From: a phage
Length of the DNA: 64,000 bases
Reading direction: 5' to 3' (one strand)
Sequence record: PZ445454.1
Shown one piece after another: positions 55,247-63,962 of this stretch. The notes beneath the pieces are model-generated. The model worked only from the letters and a program-made list of their open reading frames with translations, made no database searches and was not told where the DNA came from. A program made the translations under genes and the position numbers. Position 1 is the first letter of the stretch; every line of letters begins with the position of its first letter.

Positions 55247-55268
55247 AGGCTCCTACGGGAGCCTTTTT
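55247..55268 (+). terminator. rho-independent terminator (UACG loop)
   Basis: aggctcc-tacg-ggagcct then TTTTT. Confidence 0.65.
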
Positions 55269-55285
55269 AATTTCTGGAGAAGACT

Positions 55286-55630
55286 ATGGATAACCTTTCT
55301 ATATGGTTCAATAAGGAACCTGTACAACCTAAATACTTACAAGTTGCCTATACAGACATCCTTGAAGTTCTCGGTAAAGAAAAGTTTGAAAAGTTCTGTG
55401 AAGGTATCTATAATCACCACTGTCAGTTTGCTACGAAAGAGGGTATGTTTGTCATAGAACAGTTCTTTGGCAGAGACCCAGATGACTATGAAGAGATTAG
55501 CTTTGTAATGAAATACATGATAGAGTATATTGAGAATCGTGGATTCGAAGTTAATCCTGAATTTTATGAACATGAGGGTGTACCTTTAGCAAAAGGTTTT
55601 GACGGTATACTTGTTAACTGGACTTGGTAA
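55286..55630 (+). CDS. hypothetical protein
   Basis: 114-aa ORF. Confidence 0.4.
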   Translation: MDNLSIWFNKEPVQPKYLQVAYTDILEVLGKEKFEKFCEGIYNHHCQFATKEGMFVIEQFFGRDPDDYEEISFVMKYMIEYIENRGFEVNPEFYEHEGVPLAKGFDGILVNWTW

Positions 55631-55971
55631 AAGCTATGAAAATCAAAGAGATGAACATCAACGTTGTCCTAGAAGAACGTTGGGAGAATATTAAGAAACC
55701 CGAAGATGGTAAAAAGTTTCTTAACAAAATTTTAGTAGCAGCTAAAGAAGAACTGACTGGTAAGGTTGCAGCAGCAATCACAATAAAAGTCTGTGTAAAA
55801 GGTCTTCCACAACATCACCAATTTGCTCTTGATGAGTTTAAAGAAAACTTCTACAATCCAAACAAACAGATGCTTGAAAGTAACTTTGCAGTGTCTACAA
55901 GTATCGTCCATGACAGAAGTTTTATCCTTTACAAAAATATGAGAGGTGAGCCATGCAAGCATATTGGATAG
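55624..55971 (+). CDS. hypothetical protein
   Basis: 115-aa ORF. Confidence 0.4.
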   Translation: MVKAMKIKEMNINVVLEERWENIKKPEDGKKFLNKILVAAKEELTGKVAAAITIKVCVKGLPQHHQFALDEFKENFYNPNKQMLESNFAVSTSIVHDRSFILYKNMRGEPCKHIG

Positions 55972-56129
55972 AAATTTTACTGTCACTTGGTAGTGTAGCA
56001 GTATTTGTTTACCTTCTTTGCAAGTACTATGCAGAGCACAAGAAGTGTGACTACTGTAACGGAGAAGGGTATACAAGAGCAGGTTGTTGCCCTATGTGTG
56101 GCGGTTCTGGTAAAATGTTTAATAAGTAA
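55953..56129 (+). CDS. membrane-anchored mini-protein with DnaJ-type zinc finger (58 aa)
   Basis: N-terminal hydrophobic helix WIEILLSLGSVAVFVYLL followed by two CxxCxGxG repeats (CDYCNGEG, CPMCGGSG); below ORF-track cutoff. Confidence 0.4.
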   Translation: MQAYWIEILLSLGSVAVFVYLLCKYYAEHKKCDYCNGEGYTRAGCCPMCGGSGKMFNK

Positions 56130-56157
56130 TTTAACAGTAAACTAAGAGGAAAGTATT

Positions 56158-58524
56158 ATGCGCATGGTAAATGACCACGCAGAAGTGATTAAGAGTTCAA
56201 CTTCTTTGGAGACATCTCAAGCTCAGATTACAATGACACCTGAAATGTTCAGTCTTCTGAGTTCTGGTGTATATACCTTTAAAGAGAGGGCAGTGATTCG
56301 TGAACTGTCATGTAATGCAGTAGATGCTCAGAAAGAAGCTGGAAAAGAGAATATCCCGTTCCATGTGCATTTACCTACTCGTTTTGAGCCTTACTTTGAA
56401 GTCCGTGATTTTGGAACTGGATTGACTCATGATAAAGTTATGAGTTTGTATCTGAACTACGGGGCTTCTACGAAGAATGACTCTAATGATTACATTGGCG
56501 CAATGGGTATCGGCTCAAAATCCCCATTTGCAATTGCTCAGTCATTCACAGTATCTAGTTATGTTGATGGTGTTGTTAATAAGTACTCTGTTTACCTTGA
56601 GAATGGTATCCCTCAAGTAACTAAGCTTACTACTAACCCAACAAATGAACCCAATGGTTTAGCTGTACGTGTAGCAGTTGCTGACCACCGTATTTCAAAG
56701 TTCTTTGAAGAGGCTGGTCACGTATATTCATACTTTGCTGTAAAACCAGAAAGCAATATTGTATATGATGATGTGTTAGCAGATATGAACGTCATTGCCC
56801 GTGAAGAGGGTGTTTATGATGCTATGATTCATAAGCAAAGTTGGCGTTCTAGTGGTAACAGGACAGAGTTTAATGTGGTGATGGGTAACATTGCCTACCC
56901 TGTTAACATGGAAGCATTACTTGGTGATGATTTCTTCAAAGTCTTGCCAGAGTTTTTCCGTAGGAGTGTAGACCTTGTAAACATCTACATGCCTATTGGT
57001 TCAGTTGCTATAGCAGCTTCTCGTGAAGCATTGCAGATGAATGATACGACAAAAAATGTTATCATTGAGGCTACTAAAAAGATAACTGAAGCAATTACAA
57101 AGGATGTTATCAAGAAAGTTAATAGTCAACCTACACTCATGGATGCTGCACAGGCTTATGCTGAGTTACGTTTGAACTCACGAGAGATGTTTAATGCTGT
57201 GTGTCCGAAGCTGGAGTGGGGTGGCGTTAAGCTTGATTCTCTGGAAGAAGAATTACTAAACATTCGTCGTGGGATTATCTACGCAGAAGACGGCTCAGTC
57301 ATTTATGAACGTGACGGCAAAGGTAATATTAAGGTTGACAGTAAAGGAAACAACATTCCTAAAGTGGACTACCTATACAATCCAGTTGCTTATGTCAAGT
57401 TCAACTCTTTAGAGAGTAAGATTCGTGCAACAGCACTTTCCTACACTCAAGAGGCAAGTATGTTCAATATCTTTGGTGCAATGCGTAAAAGCCAAATTGA
57501 ACAGTTTTTGTTCGTGATTAATGACCGTCGCAATAAAAACGGAACTGAGAAGACTGTAGGACGCAATCAAATCTTGCGTGGTGCATGTCGAGACTACGCC
57601 AATGAGTCAAGTCTGTTTCACAGATACAATGGTATTGTGTTTGTTTTCTCGACTGAAAAAGAGCTAGATGACTTAATCAACCTACACAAACTTGATAAAA
57701 GCTTGTTAAAGATTGTGAAGATGTCTGATAAGGAACATCACTATCAGCGTAAAGAAGCTGTGAGGGGTGTTGTAAAACTCTGGAAAGCTGTTCCAGCAGA
57801 AGGTGTAGCTTCCTATAAAGAGGTTTCAGAGGACTTTGATACAATTGAAGAACCTCAGCTTTACATTAAGGCAGTTGGTGACACAGTTGATGGCGAATGT
57901 TTTTGCTCATCTCCAGAAGATGTAGCTAAGTCAGTCGCTAATGTTATAGGGAAGACAGTCTATGTTTTCCGAAAAGCAAATTGGAAAAAGATACCAGAAG
58001 ACTGGATTGAAGTAGATGAGAAACTATTGAATGACAGCCTAACTGATGTTCACTGGATTAATCATAACAGGTATATGACACGTATCTATATGAATGGTGT
58101 CCTTGACCTTACAAGTAGTTGGATTATTGCCAGAAACTTTACGTTTAATAACAAGAAGATTTCTCGCGGGTATTGCTATTCACGAGATACATACAAAACC
58201 ATCTTCTTAGAAGGTAATGAGAATGCTGTTGAGGCAATGTTTGGTAAGATTCAGTATGTGGCTGCACCGTTTGCATACACTTACACTATCAGTGTTCTTC
58301 AGGATTTGAAGTCATGCCTTGACAATGATACAAAACTGTACAAAAAGATTAAGAAAGCGGGTGACCGCATGGTTATCAAACTGACAAACTACCTTTCAAA
58401 AAGAAAACAAGAAAACTTCTTGCTTTCCCATTTAGATTGGAATAAAGTGTCACCCATCGAAGTGAGTAAGTTCTTAGGCTTTGATGTGAAGTGTGTTCCA
58501 GAAGGGACTACAATTTACGATTAA
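56158..58524 (+). CDS. rIIA: rIIA-like protein (GHKL/HATPase_c N-terminal domain)
   Basis: Bergerat-fold boxes: N box RELSCNAVDA, G1 box VRDFGTGL, G2 box GAMGIGSKSPF; 788 aa; followed by rIIB-like gene. Confidence 0.65.
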   Translation: MRMVNDHAEVIKSSTSLETSQAQITMTPEMFSLLSSGVYTFKERAVIRELSCNAVDAQKEAGKENIPFHVHLPTRFEPYFEVRDFGTGLTHDKVMSLYLNYGASTKNDSNDYIGAMGIGSKSPFAIAQSFTVSSYVDGVVNKYSVYLENGIPQVTKLTTNPTNEPNGLAVRVAVADHRISKFFEEAGHVYSYFAVKPESNIVYDDVLADMNVIAREEGVYDAMIHKQSWRSSGNRTEFNVVMGNIAYPVNMEALLGDDFFKVLPEFFRRSVDLVNIYMPIGSVAIAASREALQMNDTTKNVIIEATKKITEAITKDVIKKVNSQPTLMDAAQAYAELRLNSREMFNAVCPKLEWGGVKLDSLEEELLNIRRGIIYAEDGSVIYERDGKGNIKVDSKGNNIPKVDYLYNPVAYVKFNSLESKIRATALSYTQEASMFNIFGAMRKSQIEQFLFVINDRRNKNGTEKTVGRNQILRGACRDYANESSLFHRYNGIVFVFSTEKELDDLINLHKLDKSLLKIVKMSDKEHHYQRKEAVRGVVKLWKAVPAEGVASYKEVSEDFDTIEEPQLYIKAVGDTVDGECFCSSPEDVAKSVANVIGKTVYVFRKANWKKIPEDWIEVDEKLLNDSLTDVHWINHNRYMTRIYMNGVLDLTSSWIIARNFTFNNKKISRGYCYSRDTYKTIFLEGNENAVEAMFGKIQYVAAPFAYTYTISVLQDLKSCLDNDTKLYKKIKKAGDRMVIKLTNYLSKRKQENFLLSHLDWNKVSPIEVSKFLGFDVKCVPEGTTIYD

Positions 58525-58529
58525 AGTGT

Positions 58530-58559
58530 TTGACAAGGGGCTTCAAAGCCCCTTAGAAT
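58530..58559 (+). promoter_or_regulatory. promoter candidate TTGACA-N18-TAGAAT with embedded hairpin
   Basis: gtgtTTGACAaggggcttcaaagcccctTAGAAT; hairpin aaggggctt/aagcccctt lies in the spacer; no U-tract. Confidence 0.45.
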
Positions 58560-58603
58560 AGCCTTACAAAATGATTTATTAACTAACAAGAGAGAGTAAT
58601 AAG

Positions 58604-59710
58604 ATGACTACTAAAACTAAAGCACAGATTGACGCAGAAATTTACGAACTGGTTAAAGAAGGTAAGCTGACTAAAACAGCTATTGCACAGAAGTTCAATA
58701 CTTCAACCCGTTCAGTTGGTCGTGCTGTAGAGCGTCATGAAGCAACCTTAAAAGGTAAGAAAAAGGTAGCTTCTAAACCAGCTACGAAGACTTTGAAGCA
58801 AGTTGCTAAATCAGTTAAAAAGAAAGCTGACAAGCCAGTTAAAAAGGCTGTTAAAGAGCCTGTACAGAAAGCTCCGGTAAATAAACTGCATGAAGCTATG
58901 CAGAATGGTAACCAGATTGAGTATATGATTACTGGCGATTCTGTTATCATGACTTTCGGTGCAGATTCTGAAATCGTTGAATCTACCCATCCGAACTACA
59001 AAGAAATTGTGATGGCTGTTGTATCCGGTGAGTATAAGAAAGCTTTCGAACTGATGAACATTCGTAAGTCTATCGAAAACTTCACTCAGGGTGCTATCAC
59101 CATCAAAGGTGATAAGCTATTCTATGGTGCTGTTGAGATGCGTTCTACTCTGGTTGACCGTATTCTTCACATGATGAAGACTGGTGATAAAGGTTTTGAA
59201 CGACTTGTAATGTTCTTCGAAAAACTGATGGAAAACCCATCTAAAGGTTCTGTAGAACAACTGTGGGGATTCATATCTCACCTTGATGTTGAAATTGATG
59301 AAGAAGGCTACATTATCGGTTGGAAAAAGGTACAAAGTAAAGCTGACGGTTCTCTGGTAGACAGCCACACCCATAAAGTACCTAATGACTTAGGTAACCT
59401 AGTTGAGATGCCTCGTTGGATGGTTGATAGTGACCCTAACCGCACTTGCTCTCAGGGTTTACATGTTGGTGCATGGGAATACGTATCATGTTTTGGAGGT
59501 GATACCATCCTGAAAGTTCGTGTCCACCCACGAGATGTTGTATCTGTTCCGATTGATTACAACGATATGAAGATGCGTGTATCAGCTTATGAGTCTTTTG
59601 CGATTGTTGACAGCAACCGTAAAGTTATCAAGACTCACTCTGGCTCTGGTGGTCATCGTGTAGTAATTGGTTCTCACGGCGAGTTAATCTCCAAGACACC
59701 ACGCGTTTAA
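58604..59710 (+). CDS. rIIB: rIIB-like protein
   Basis: 368 aa immediately after rIIA-like gene; strong RBS AGAGAG; C-terminal KVRVHPRDVVSVPIDYNDMKMR segment. Confidence 0.55.
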   Translation: MTTKTKAQIDAEIYELVKEGKLTKTAIAQKFNTSTRSVGRAVERHEATLKGKKKVASKPATKTLKQVAKSVKKKADKPVKKAVKEPVQKAPVNKLHEAMQNGNQIEYMITGDSVIMTFGADSEIVESTHPNYKEIVMAVVSGEYKKAFELMNIRKSIENFTQGAITIKGDKLFYGAVEMRSTLVDRILHMMKTGDKGFERLVMFFEKLMENPSKGSVEQLWGFISHLDVEIDEEGYIIGWKKVQSKADGSLVDSHTHKVPNDLGNLVEMPRWMVDSDPNRTCSQGLHVGAWEYVSCFGGDTILKVRVHPRDVVSVPIDYNDMKMRVSAYESFAIVDSNRKVIKTHSGSGGHRVVIGSHGELISKTPRV

Positions 59711-59721
59711 TAGTTTACAAT

Positions 59722-59745
59722 AGGCTGCTTCGGCGGCCTTTTTTA
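59722..59745 (+). terminator. rho-independent terminator (UUCG tetraloop)
   Basis: aggctgc-ttcg-gcggcct then TTTTTT. Confidence 0.7.
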
Positions 59746-59746
59746 T

Positions 59747-59774
59747 TTGTATTTTGTGCAGAGTGCTGTATAAT
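59747..59774 (+). promoter_or_regulatory. promoter candidate with consensus -10 TATAAT
   Basis: TTGTAT-N16-TATAAT about 30 nt upstream of 59806 start. Confidence 0.4.
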
Positions 59775-59805
59775 TGATGTCACGATAAACTAAACAGGAG
59801 AACCA

Positions 59806-60354
59806 ATGAAGAAGTTGATTCTAGGTTTGTGCTTAATGTTTACAGCACACTTATCTTATGCAGTTGACTGCCCAGAGCTATCAATTAGCCAAAAAGTAAA
59901 CATGTTAAAAGCTTACCAGTATGGTGAGAATAACATGGGTAAAGGTTGGGGTATCACTCTAGCTGCTATAGCCTTACAAGAGTCAGAGTTAGGTCTGAAG
60001 GTAGAGAATAAAAAGACACATGATTATGGTATTTTCCAGAATCACTTGAAGACTGTTGTAAAGCGTAACAAAATCAGTCCTAATGTGGCTAAAAAGAAAC
60101 TCTTAAGAGACTTTGATTATGCTGCGAAGGAAACTCACAAAGAGCTTGAGTTTTGGACAAAGGTGCATGGTCAGCCAAAGTCAAAGAAGACTTTACAAAA
60201 AGTTTTAGCATCATATAATGCTGGGTATTCGTACAGAATCCCTAAAGCTAAGAAATATTCTCAAGATGTCTATAACAACATGAAAGTCATCGCTCAATGT
60301 GAATTTGCAACAAACATTTCTAAGGTAAACCATGAAAAAATTAAGAAAGTCTGA
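59806..60354 (+). CDS. secreted lytic transglycosylase (SLT domain; endolysin candidate)
   Basis: signal peptide MKKLILGLCLMFTAHLSYA; SLT-like AIALQESELG and DYGIFQ, YNAG. Confidence 0.55.
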   Translation: MKKLILGLCLMFTAHLSYAVDCPELSISQKVNMLKAYQYGENNMGKGWGITLAAIALQESELGLKVENKKTHDYGIFQNHLKTVVKRNKISPNVAKKKLLRDFDYAAKETHKELEFWTKVHGQPKSKKTLQKVLASYNAGYSYRIPKAKKYSQDVYNNMKVIAQCEFATNISKVNHEKIKKV

Positions 60355-61027
60355 TGAAGTACTGTGTCATGCTTATGACTTACATCCTCATGAGTTAGGT
60401 CTTGATTCCTGTGTATGGACTCCAGAACAGTGTAGGGATTTTGAAGACACCGCAAGAGAAGTTGTATGTTCACTTGAAGAGTTCCACACATCAGAGCCAA
60501 TTGTGAATGTTGTAGATAAAGAGACTGGACAAACTATAGGTGTAAGTCGTGATAGCTTAGTCATAGTCAATAAAGACCTTGTAGAAAAAGGGAATCTTAT
60601 CTTAGCAGATATTGATGGTGTTCTTACAAATTTTAATCACGAAGATTGTTCAACGGAATTGACTGATGGTTCATTTTCACAGTATACTAATCTTCTTGAC
60701 TCTGTAAGAGCAAAACCAACGTATGTTTTCAATATCATTGATGCAATTGCTAATCATGCTGCTGTTGGACTCTTGACAGCAAGAGGTGAATCTCAGAGAA
60801 TACCTACTGAGATGTTTTTAAGGCATAATACAGAGCATGATTACATGCTTTTTATGCGTGGTTTTGGAACTAACTCTATAAGTGCAGAAAGTTTAAAAGT
60901 AAGGATGATTCAGTCTTGCATTCTACCTTACTTTAATATAGTATGTTTTATAGAAGATACAGAGAAGAATGTTCAGAAGGTAAACAGAATCCTTCCACAC
61001 ATTAAAACTATGTTAGTAAAACATTGA
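60332..61027 (+). CDS. HAD-superfamily phosphatase-like protein (possibly nucleotidase) with N-terminal extension
   Basis: motif I ILADIDGVL (DxDG); later GLLTARGE and FIEDTEKN resemble HAD motifs II/IV. Confidence 0.4.
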   Translation: MKKLRKSDEVLCHAYDLHPHELGLDSCVWTPEQCRDFEDTAREVVCSLEEFHTSEPIVNVVDKETGQTIGVSRDSLVIVNKDLVEKGNLILADIDGVLTNFNHEDCSTELTDGSFSQYTNLLDSVRAKPTYVFNIIDAIANHAAVGLLTARGESQRIPTEMFLRHNTEHDYMLFMRGFGTNSISAESLKVRMIQSCILPYFNIVCFIEDTEKNVQKVNRILPHIKTMLVKH

Positions 61028-61037
61028 GAGAAAACTT

Positions 61038-61502
61038 ATGAACAATATCATTACGGTAGCACTGGACGTTACGGCAAACAAATCTGAAGTAGTTCGTAAC
61101 ATTATCAAAAGCAACTTTGAGGGTAAAATCTTCCGTGCTGTCAATGTAAAAGCAGACGGTAACATCCGAGAATACCGTGCTCTTCTGAATGTTAAGAAAC
61201 ACGTCAAAGGTGCTGGTTCAACGACTGCACACAAAGAAAACCTGATGACTATCTATGATATGGGTATGGCTTCAGAGTTAGGTGCTGAAGGTATCGTCAA
61301 AGAAGGTGCTCCGTATCGCTCTTTCAATCTGGAAACTGCTCTTATGCTTTCCTTTACAAGTGGTTCTAAAACAACTACTTATCTCTTTACTGATGCTGCA
61401 ACGGTATCTGCTATCAAGGATAACGCTATCAAAGCTGGGGTAGCTGCTGCTGCAAAAGCTTCTTCGATGGCTGCAAATGTCCTTGCTAAAGTCCTCGGTT
61501 AA
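61038..61502 (+). CDS. hypothetical protein
   Basis: 154-aa ORF with Ala-rich C-terminus, followed by strong terminator. Confidence 0.4.
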   Translation: MNNIITVALDVTANKSEVVRNIIKSNFEGKIFRAVNVKADGNIREYRALLNVKKHVKGAGSTTAHKENLMTIYDMGMASELGAEGIVKEGAPYRSFNLETALMLSFTSGSKTTTYLFTDAATVSAIKDNAIKAGVAAAAKASSMAANVLAKVLG

Positions 61503-61513
61503 GGTTAAGATAC

Positions 61514-61536
61514 AGGCTCCTTCGGGAGCCTTTTTC
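61514..61536 (+). terminator. rho-independent terminator (UUCG tetraloop)
   Basis: aggctcc-ttcg-ggagcc then TTTTTC. Confidence 0.7.
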
Positions 61537-61554
61537 ATTTCAGGAGATTGTTAA

Positions 61555-61902
61555 ATGACATTTAAAGAGTTCTGTCAAGCTACTTTCATAATTGTTTTCT
61601 TAGTTGGGGCAGGTGTCTGGGGAGGATACTCTTACAGAGACTATCAAGTTGCTGAAGCTGAGCTAAATAATGAGAAACTAATAAGTGTGGCTAAAGATGC
61701 TTATCAGGAAGGTTTAGCCACACTCAGCACCAATTACAAAAATGATTTGAAAGATGTGCTTGCTAAGAATAAGCATACAAAAGAGGTACTAACATATGAA
61801 AAAACTAAGCCAGAGTTTTATAATGTTTGTGTTACTGATAATTATGTCAGGGTGTTCAACGAACAAAGTGAACAGTACATTCAAAAACTCCCAAGTAAGT
61901 GA
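61555..61902 (+). CDS. i-spanin (Rz-like) candidate
   Basis: N-terminal TM ATFIIVFLVGAGVWGGY then periplasmic helical domain; contains start of overlapping lipoprotein ORF in another frame. Confidence 0.5.
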   Translation: MTFKEFCQATFIIVFLVGAGVWGGYSYRDYQVAEAELNNEKLISVAKDAYQEGLATLSTNYKNDLKDVLAKNKHTKEVLTYEKTKPEFYNVCVTDNYVRVFNEQSEQYIQKLPSK

Positions 61903-62065
61903 GAGTGACAAGTACACTCAAGAAGAATCAAGATTCACTGTCAAAGGCAACACTGGTAGTGATGTGGCAGCAGCCCTTGAGTTTTATCGTGATGGTTTTT
62001 ACCAGTGCACAATCAAAGCTAATAACCTTATTGATATGATTTTATTAGGGAACAAACAGCAATGA
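61796..62065 (+). CDS. o-spanin (Rz1-like) outer-membrane lipoprotein candidate
   Basis: lipobox LLIIMSGC; ORF starts inside Rz-like gene in a different frame and extends beyond it. Confidence 0.5.
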   Translation: MKKLSQSFIMFVLLIIMSGCSTNKVNSTFKNSQVSESDKYTQEESRFTVKGNTGSDVAAALEFYRDGFYQCTIKANNLIDMILLGNKQQ

Positions 62066-62331
62066 CAGAGAATGAAGACACTTTCTATGTAGAAGGGTAC
62101 TTACTGCTACCACGACCAAAAGAAACTTATATGCGAATTGATTTCTCACCGACCATTATGGATAACGTGATGTGTCATATTTTTATGCAAGGTATCACAG
62201 CACAACTGAAGCATGTTGGTAAAGAGTGCAAAATAAAGGTTGACACTCATCCAGAAATCAAAGAGAATCACTACACATGGTTCTTACCAGACTCTAAAGA
62301 AATCTTAGCAGTTCTTAAAACGAGGAAGTAA
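62062..62331 (+). CDS. hypothetical protein
   Basis: 89-aa ORF. Confidence 0.4.
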   Translation: MTENEDTFYVEGYLLLPRPKETYMRIDFSPTIMDNVMCHIFMQGITAQLKHVGKECKIKVDTHPEIKENHYTWFLPDSKEILAVLKTRK

Positions 62332-62333
62332 CT

Positions 62334-62660
62334 ATGCAGATTAACGGAAGAGACTTTGTAGCCGTTTACTATGAGAAAGGCAAAGAAGTTGGCGTAGCAC
62401 AAGTATCTTATGGCAATGGTAAGTGGTTATATGGAACAATCGCAGTAGTCGGAACAAGAAGTGATACAAAAACTTTTAAAGATTGTGTTGACCTTCTTGA
62501 AGAATCCATCCACAATCATTGGTGTCTGATATGGATGACTGACAACGAAGTGATAGAACGCTTCAAAAAGATTGACATCAACATTGATAGCATTGAGCAT
62601 GTTGATTTGTATGAGCTAACTGAGAAGGTAAACTATGAAAGTAATACTAGCCAGAGATAA
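62334..62660 (+). CDS. hypothetical protein
   Basis: 108-aa ORF. Confidence 0.4.
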   Translation: MQINGRDFVAVYYEKGKEVGVAQVSYGNGKWLYGTIAVVGTRSDTKTFKDCVDLLEESIHNHWCLIWMTDNEVIERFKKIDINIDSIEHVDLYELTEKVNYESNTSQR

Positions 62661-62862
62661 AAAGACACGGAAACTTATCAGGTCAGCAGTGTTCATTGGA
62701 CGAAATGAAGTCATACCATTTACAGCAAATGATGTGATAGCTTACCGGAAGAACTTAGTATTCGCTGACTGTTTACGTGGATTCATCTCTGAACCATTGG
62801 AAGACTTTAAAAGTCGTTGTGGTAAAGGCATCATCATTCAAGAGGCAATTATTCATGGCTGA
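62635..62862 (+). CDS. hypothetical protein
   Basis: 75-aa ORF. Confidence 0.35.
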   Translation: MKVILARDKKTRKLIRSAVFIGRNEVIPFTANDVIAYRKNLVFADCLRGFISEPLEDFKSRCGKGIIIQEAIIHG

Positions 62863-63055
62863 CTTCTGCAAAGATTGTGCTATCGAAATGTTCGGACGTG
62901 ATACAGGTGACTTAAAAGGTCTTATCACTGAAGATGACTTTAAGGCTGGCTATGCAATGCCAGTAATCTGTGAAGGTTGTGGATGTATCTGGGTAGACCA
63001 CGAAGGACAGCGTGTAAAACCTTCAGAAGATAAAGAATCTTGGGAGAGATGCTAA
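62858..63055 (+). CDS. small zinc-binding protein
   Basis: MADFCKDCAIEMF...VICEGCGCIW cysteine pairs; internal start of track ORF 62777..63055. Confidence 0.35.
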   Translation, partial: ADFCKDCAIEMFGRDTGDLKGLITEDDFKAGYAMPVICEGCGCIWVDHEGQRVKPSEDKESWERC

Positions 63056-63841
63056 ATGGGTATTGTAAAAATCATCAATGGGGATATCTTCTCCGCATTT
63101 GATAAAGGTAAGTTTGATATTATTGGTCACGGTTGCAACTGTATGAACTTAATGGGTGCAGGTATCGCTGACAAGATTTCTAAACTTTACCCAAAAGCAT
63201 ATGAGACAGATACAGAAGTTTATCTGTATGCAGGTGGTATAGGCCACAAACCCTGTGAAAATTTACTAGGCAACTTCTCTGTAGCACGTTTAAAACAAGG
63301 CCGTATAGCTAACCTTTACACTCAGCTTAAGACTGGTAAAGATGCCCGATACAGTGCTTTAGAGTCATCTCTGAAACAGCTTAACAGATACTGTGAAGTT
63401 AATCAGTTGAAGAAAGTTGGTTTACCTATGATTGGTGCAGGTATCGGTGGACTTGACCCTCAAGCCGTCACCGTTATCATTAATCAGGTGATGAAGAGCG
63501 TAGATGTCTATCTATATGTCTACGAAGGAGAGATGTACTACAAGTTACGCTCAGGTTGGAAGAACTACTGTGAACCAGAATACTTTGCAGGTGTAGTAGT
63601 GTTCACTGACAATGCAGTTACCCTCTTCAGACGAAGAAAAGGTAAGATACATCAAAGTAACCCTCCGGTTGAAAAGATGTCTCTAAGTAACGCTCTAGTT
63701 ACCCACCTGTCGAAGAGCAATCACAGAATTGCCGTGACGTTTGGTAGTGATGCCGATACATATATCTATGCAAGAACTGATGAGGATATCGAGACAGTTT
63801 TCTCTTCACCAGAAGTTACCTTCTTAGACGCAAAGAACTAA
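63056..63841 (+). CDS. macro-domain protein (ADP-ribose binding/processing) with about 110-aa C-terminal extension
   Basis: macro-like paired glycine-rich loops GHGCNCMNLMGAGIADKI and VGLPMIGAGIGGLD in first about 150 aa. Confidence 0.5.
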   Translation: MGIVKIINGDIFSAFDKGKFDIIGHGCNCMNLMGAGIADKISKLYPKAYETDTEVYLYAGGIGHKPCENLLGNFSVARLKQGRIANLYTQLKTGKDARYSALESSLKQLNRYCEVNQLKKVGLPMIGAGIGGLDPQAVTVIINQVMKSVDVYLYVYEGEMYYKLRSGWKNYCEPEYFAGVVVFTDNAVTLFRRRKGKIHQSNPPVEKMSLSNALVTHLSKSNHRIAVTFGSDADTYIYARTDEDIETVFSSPEVTFLDAKN

Positions 63842-63846
63842 GAAAC

Positions 63847-63962
63847 TCTGTAGAATATTCACAATAGATTAAGCCTTTCTTATCTGGTAAATTTTTCAGG
63901 TAAGGAGGGCTTTTTCATTTTAGAATTGTGCAGGTAGAGTTCTGTAGAGAAATCTGTAGAGA
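63847..63962. repeat. three copies of TCTGTAGA(A/G)A plus two TAGAAT hexamers in terminal intergenic region
   Basis: tctgtagaa at about 63847; tctgtagaga at about 63941 and 63953; TAGAAT at about 63851 and 63921. Confidence 0.6.

Noticed and set aside
58535-58554. Hairpin after rIIA as a simple intrinsic terminator
   Set aside because: The stem is not followed by a U-tract (it is followed by agaatag), and it lies exactly in the spacer of a TTGACA...TAGAAT promoter-like element, so it is reported as a promoter/attenuator candidate instead.
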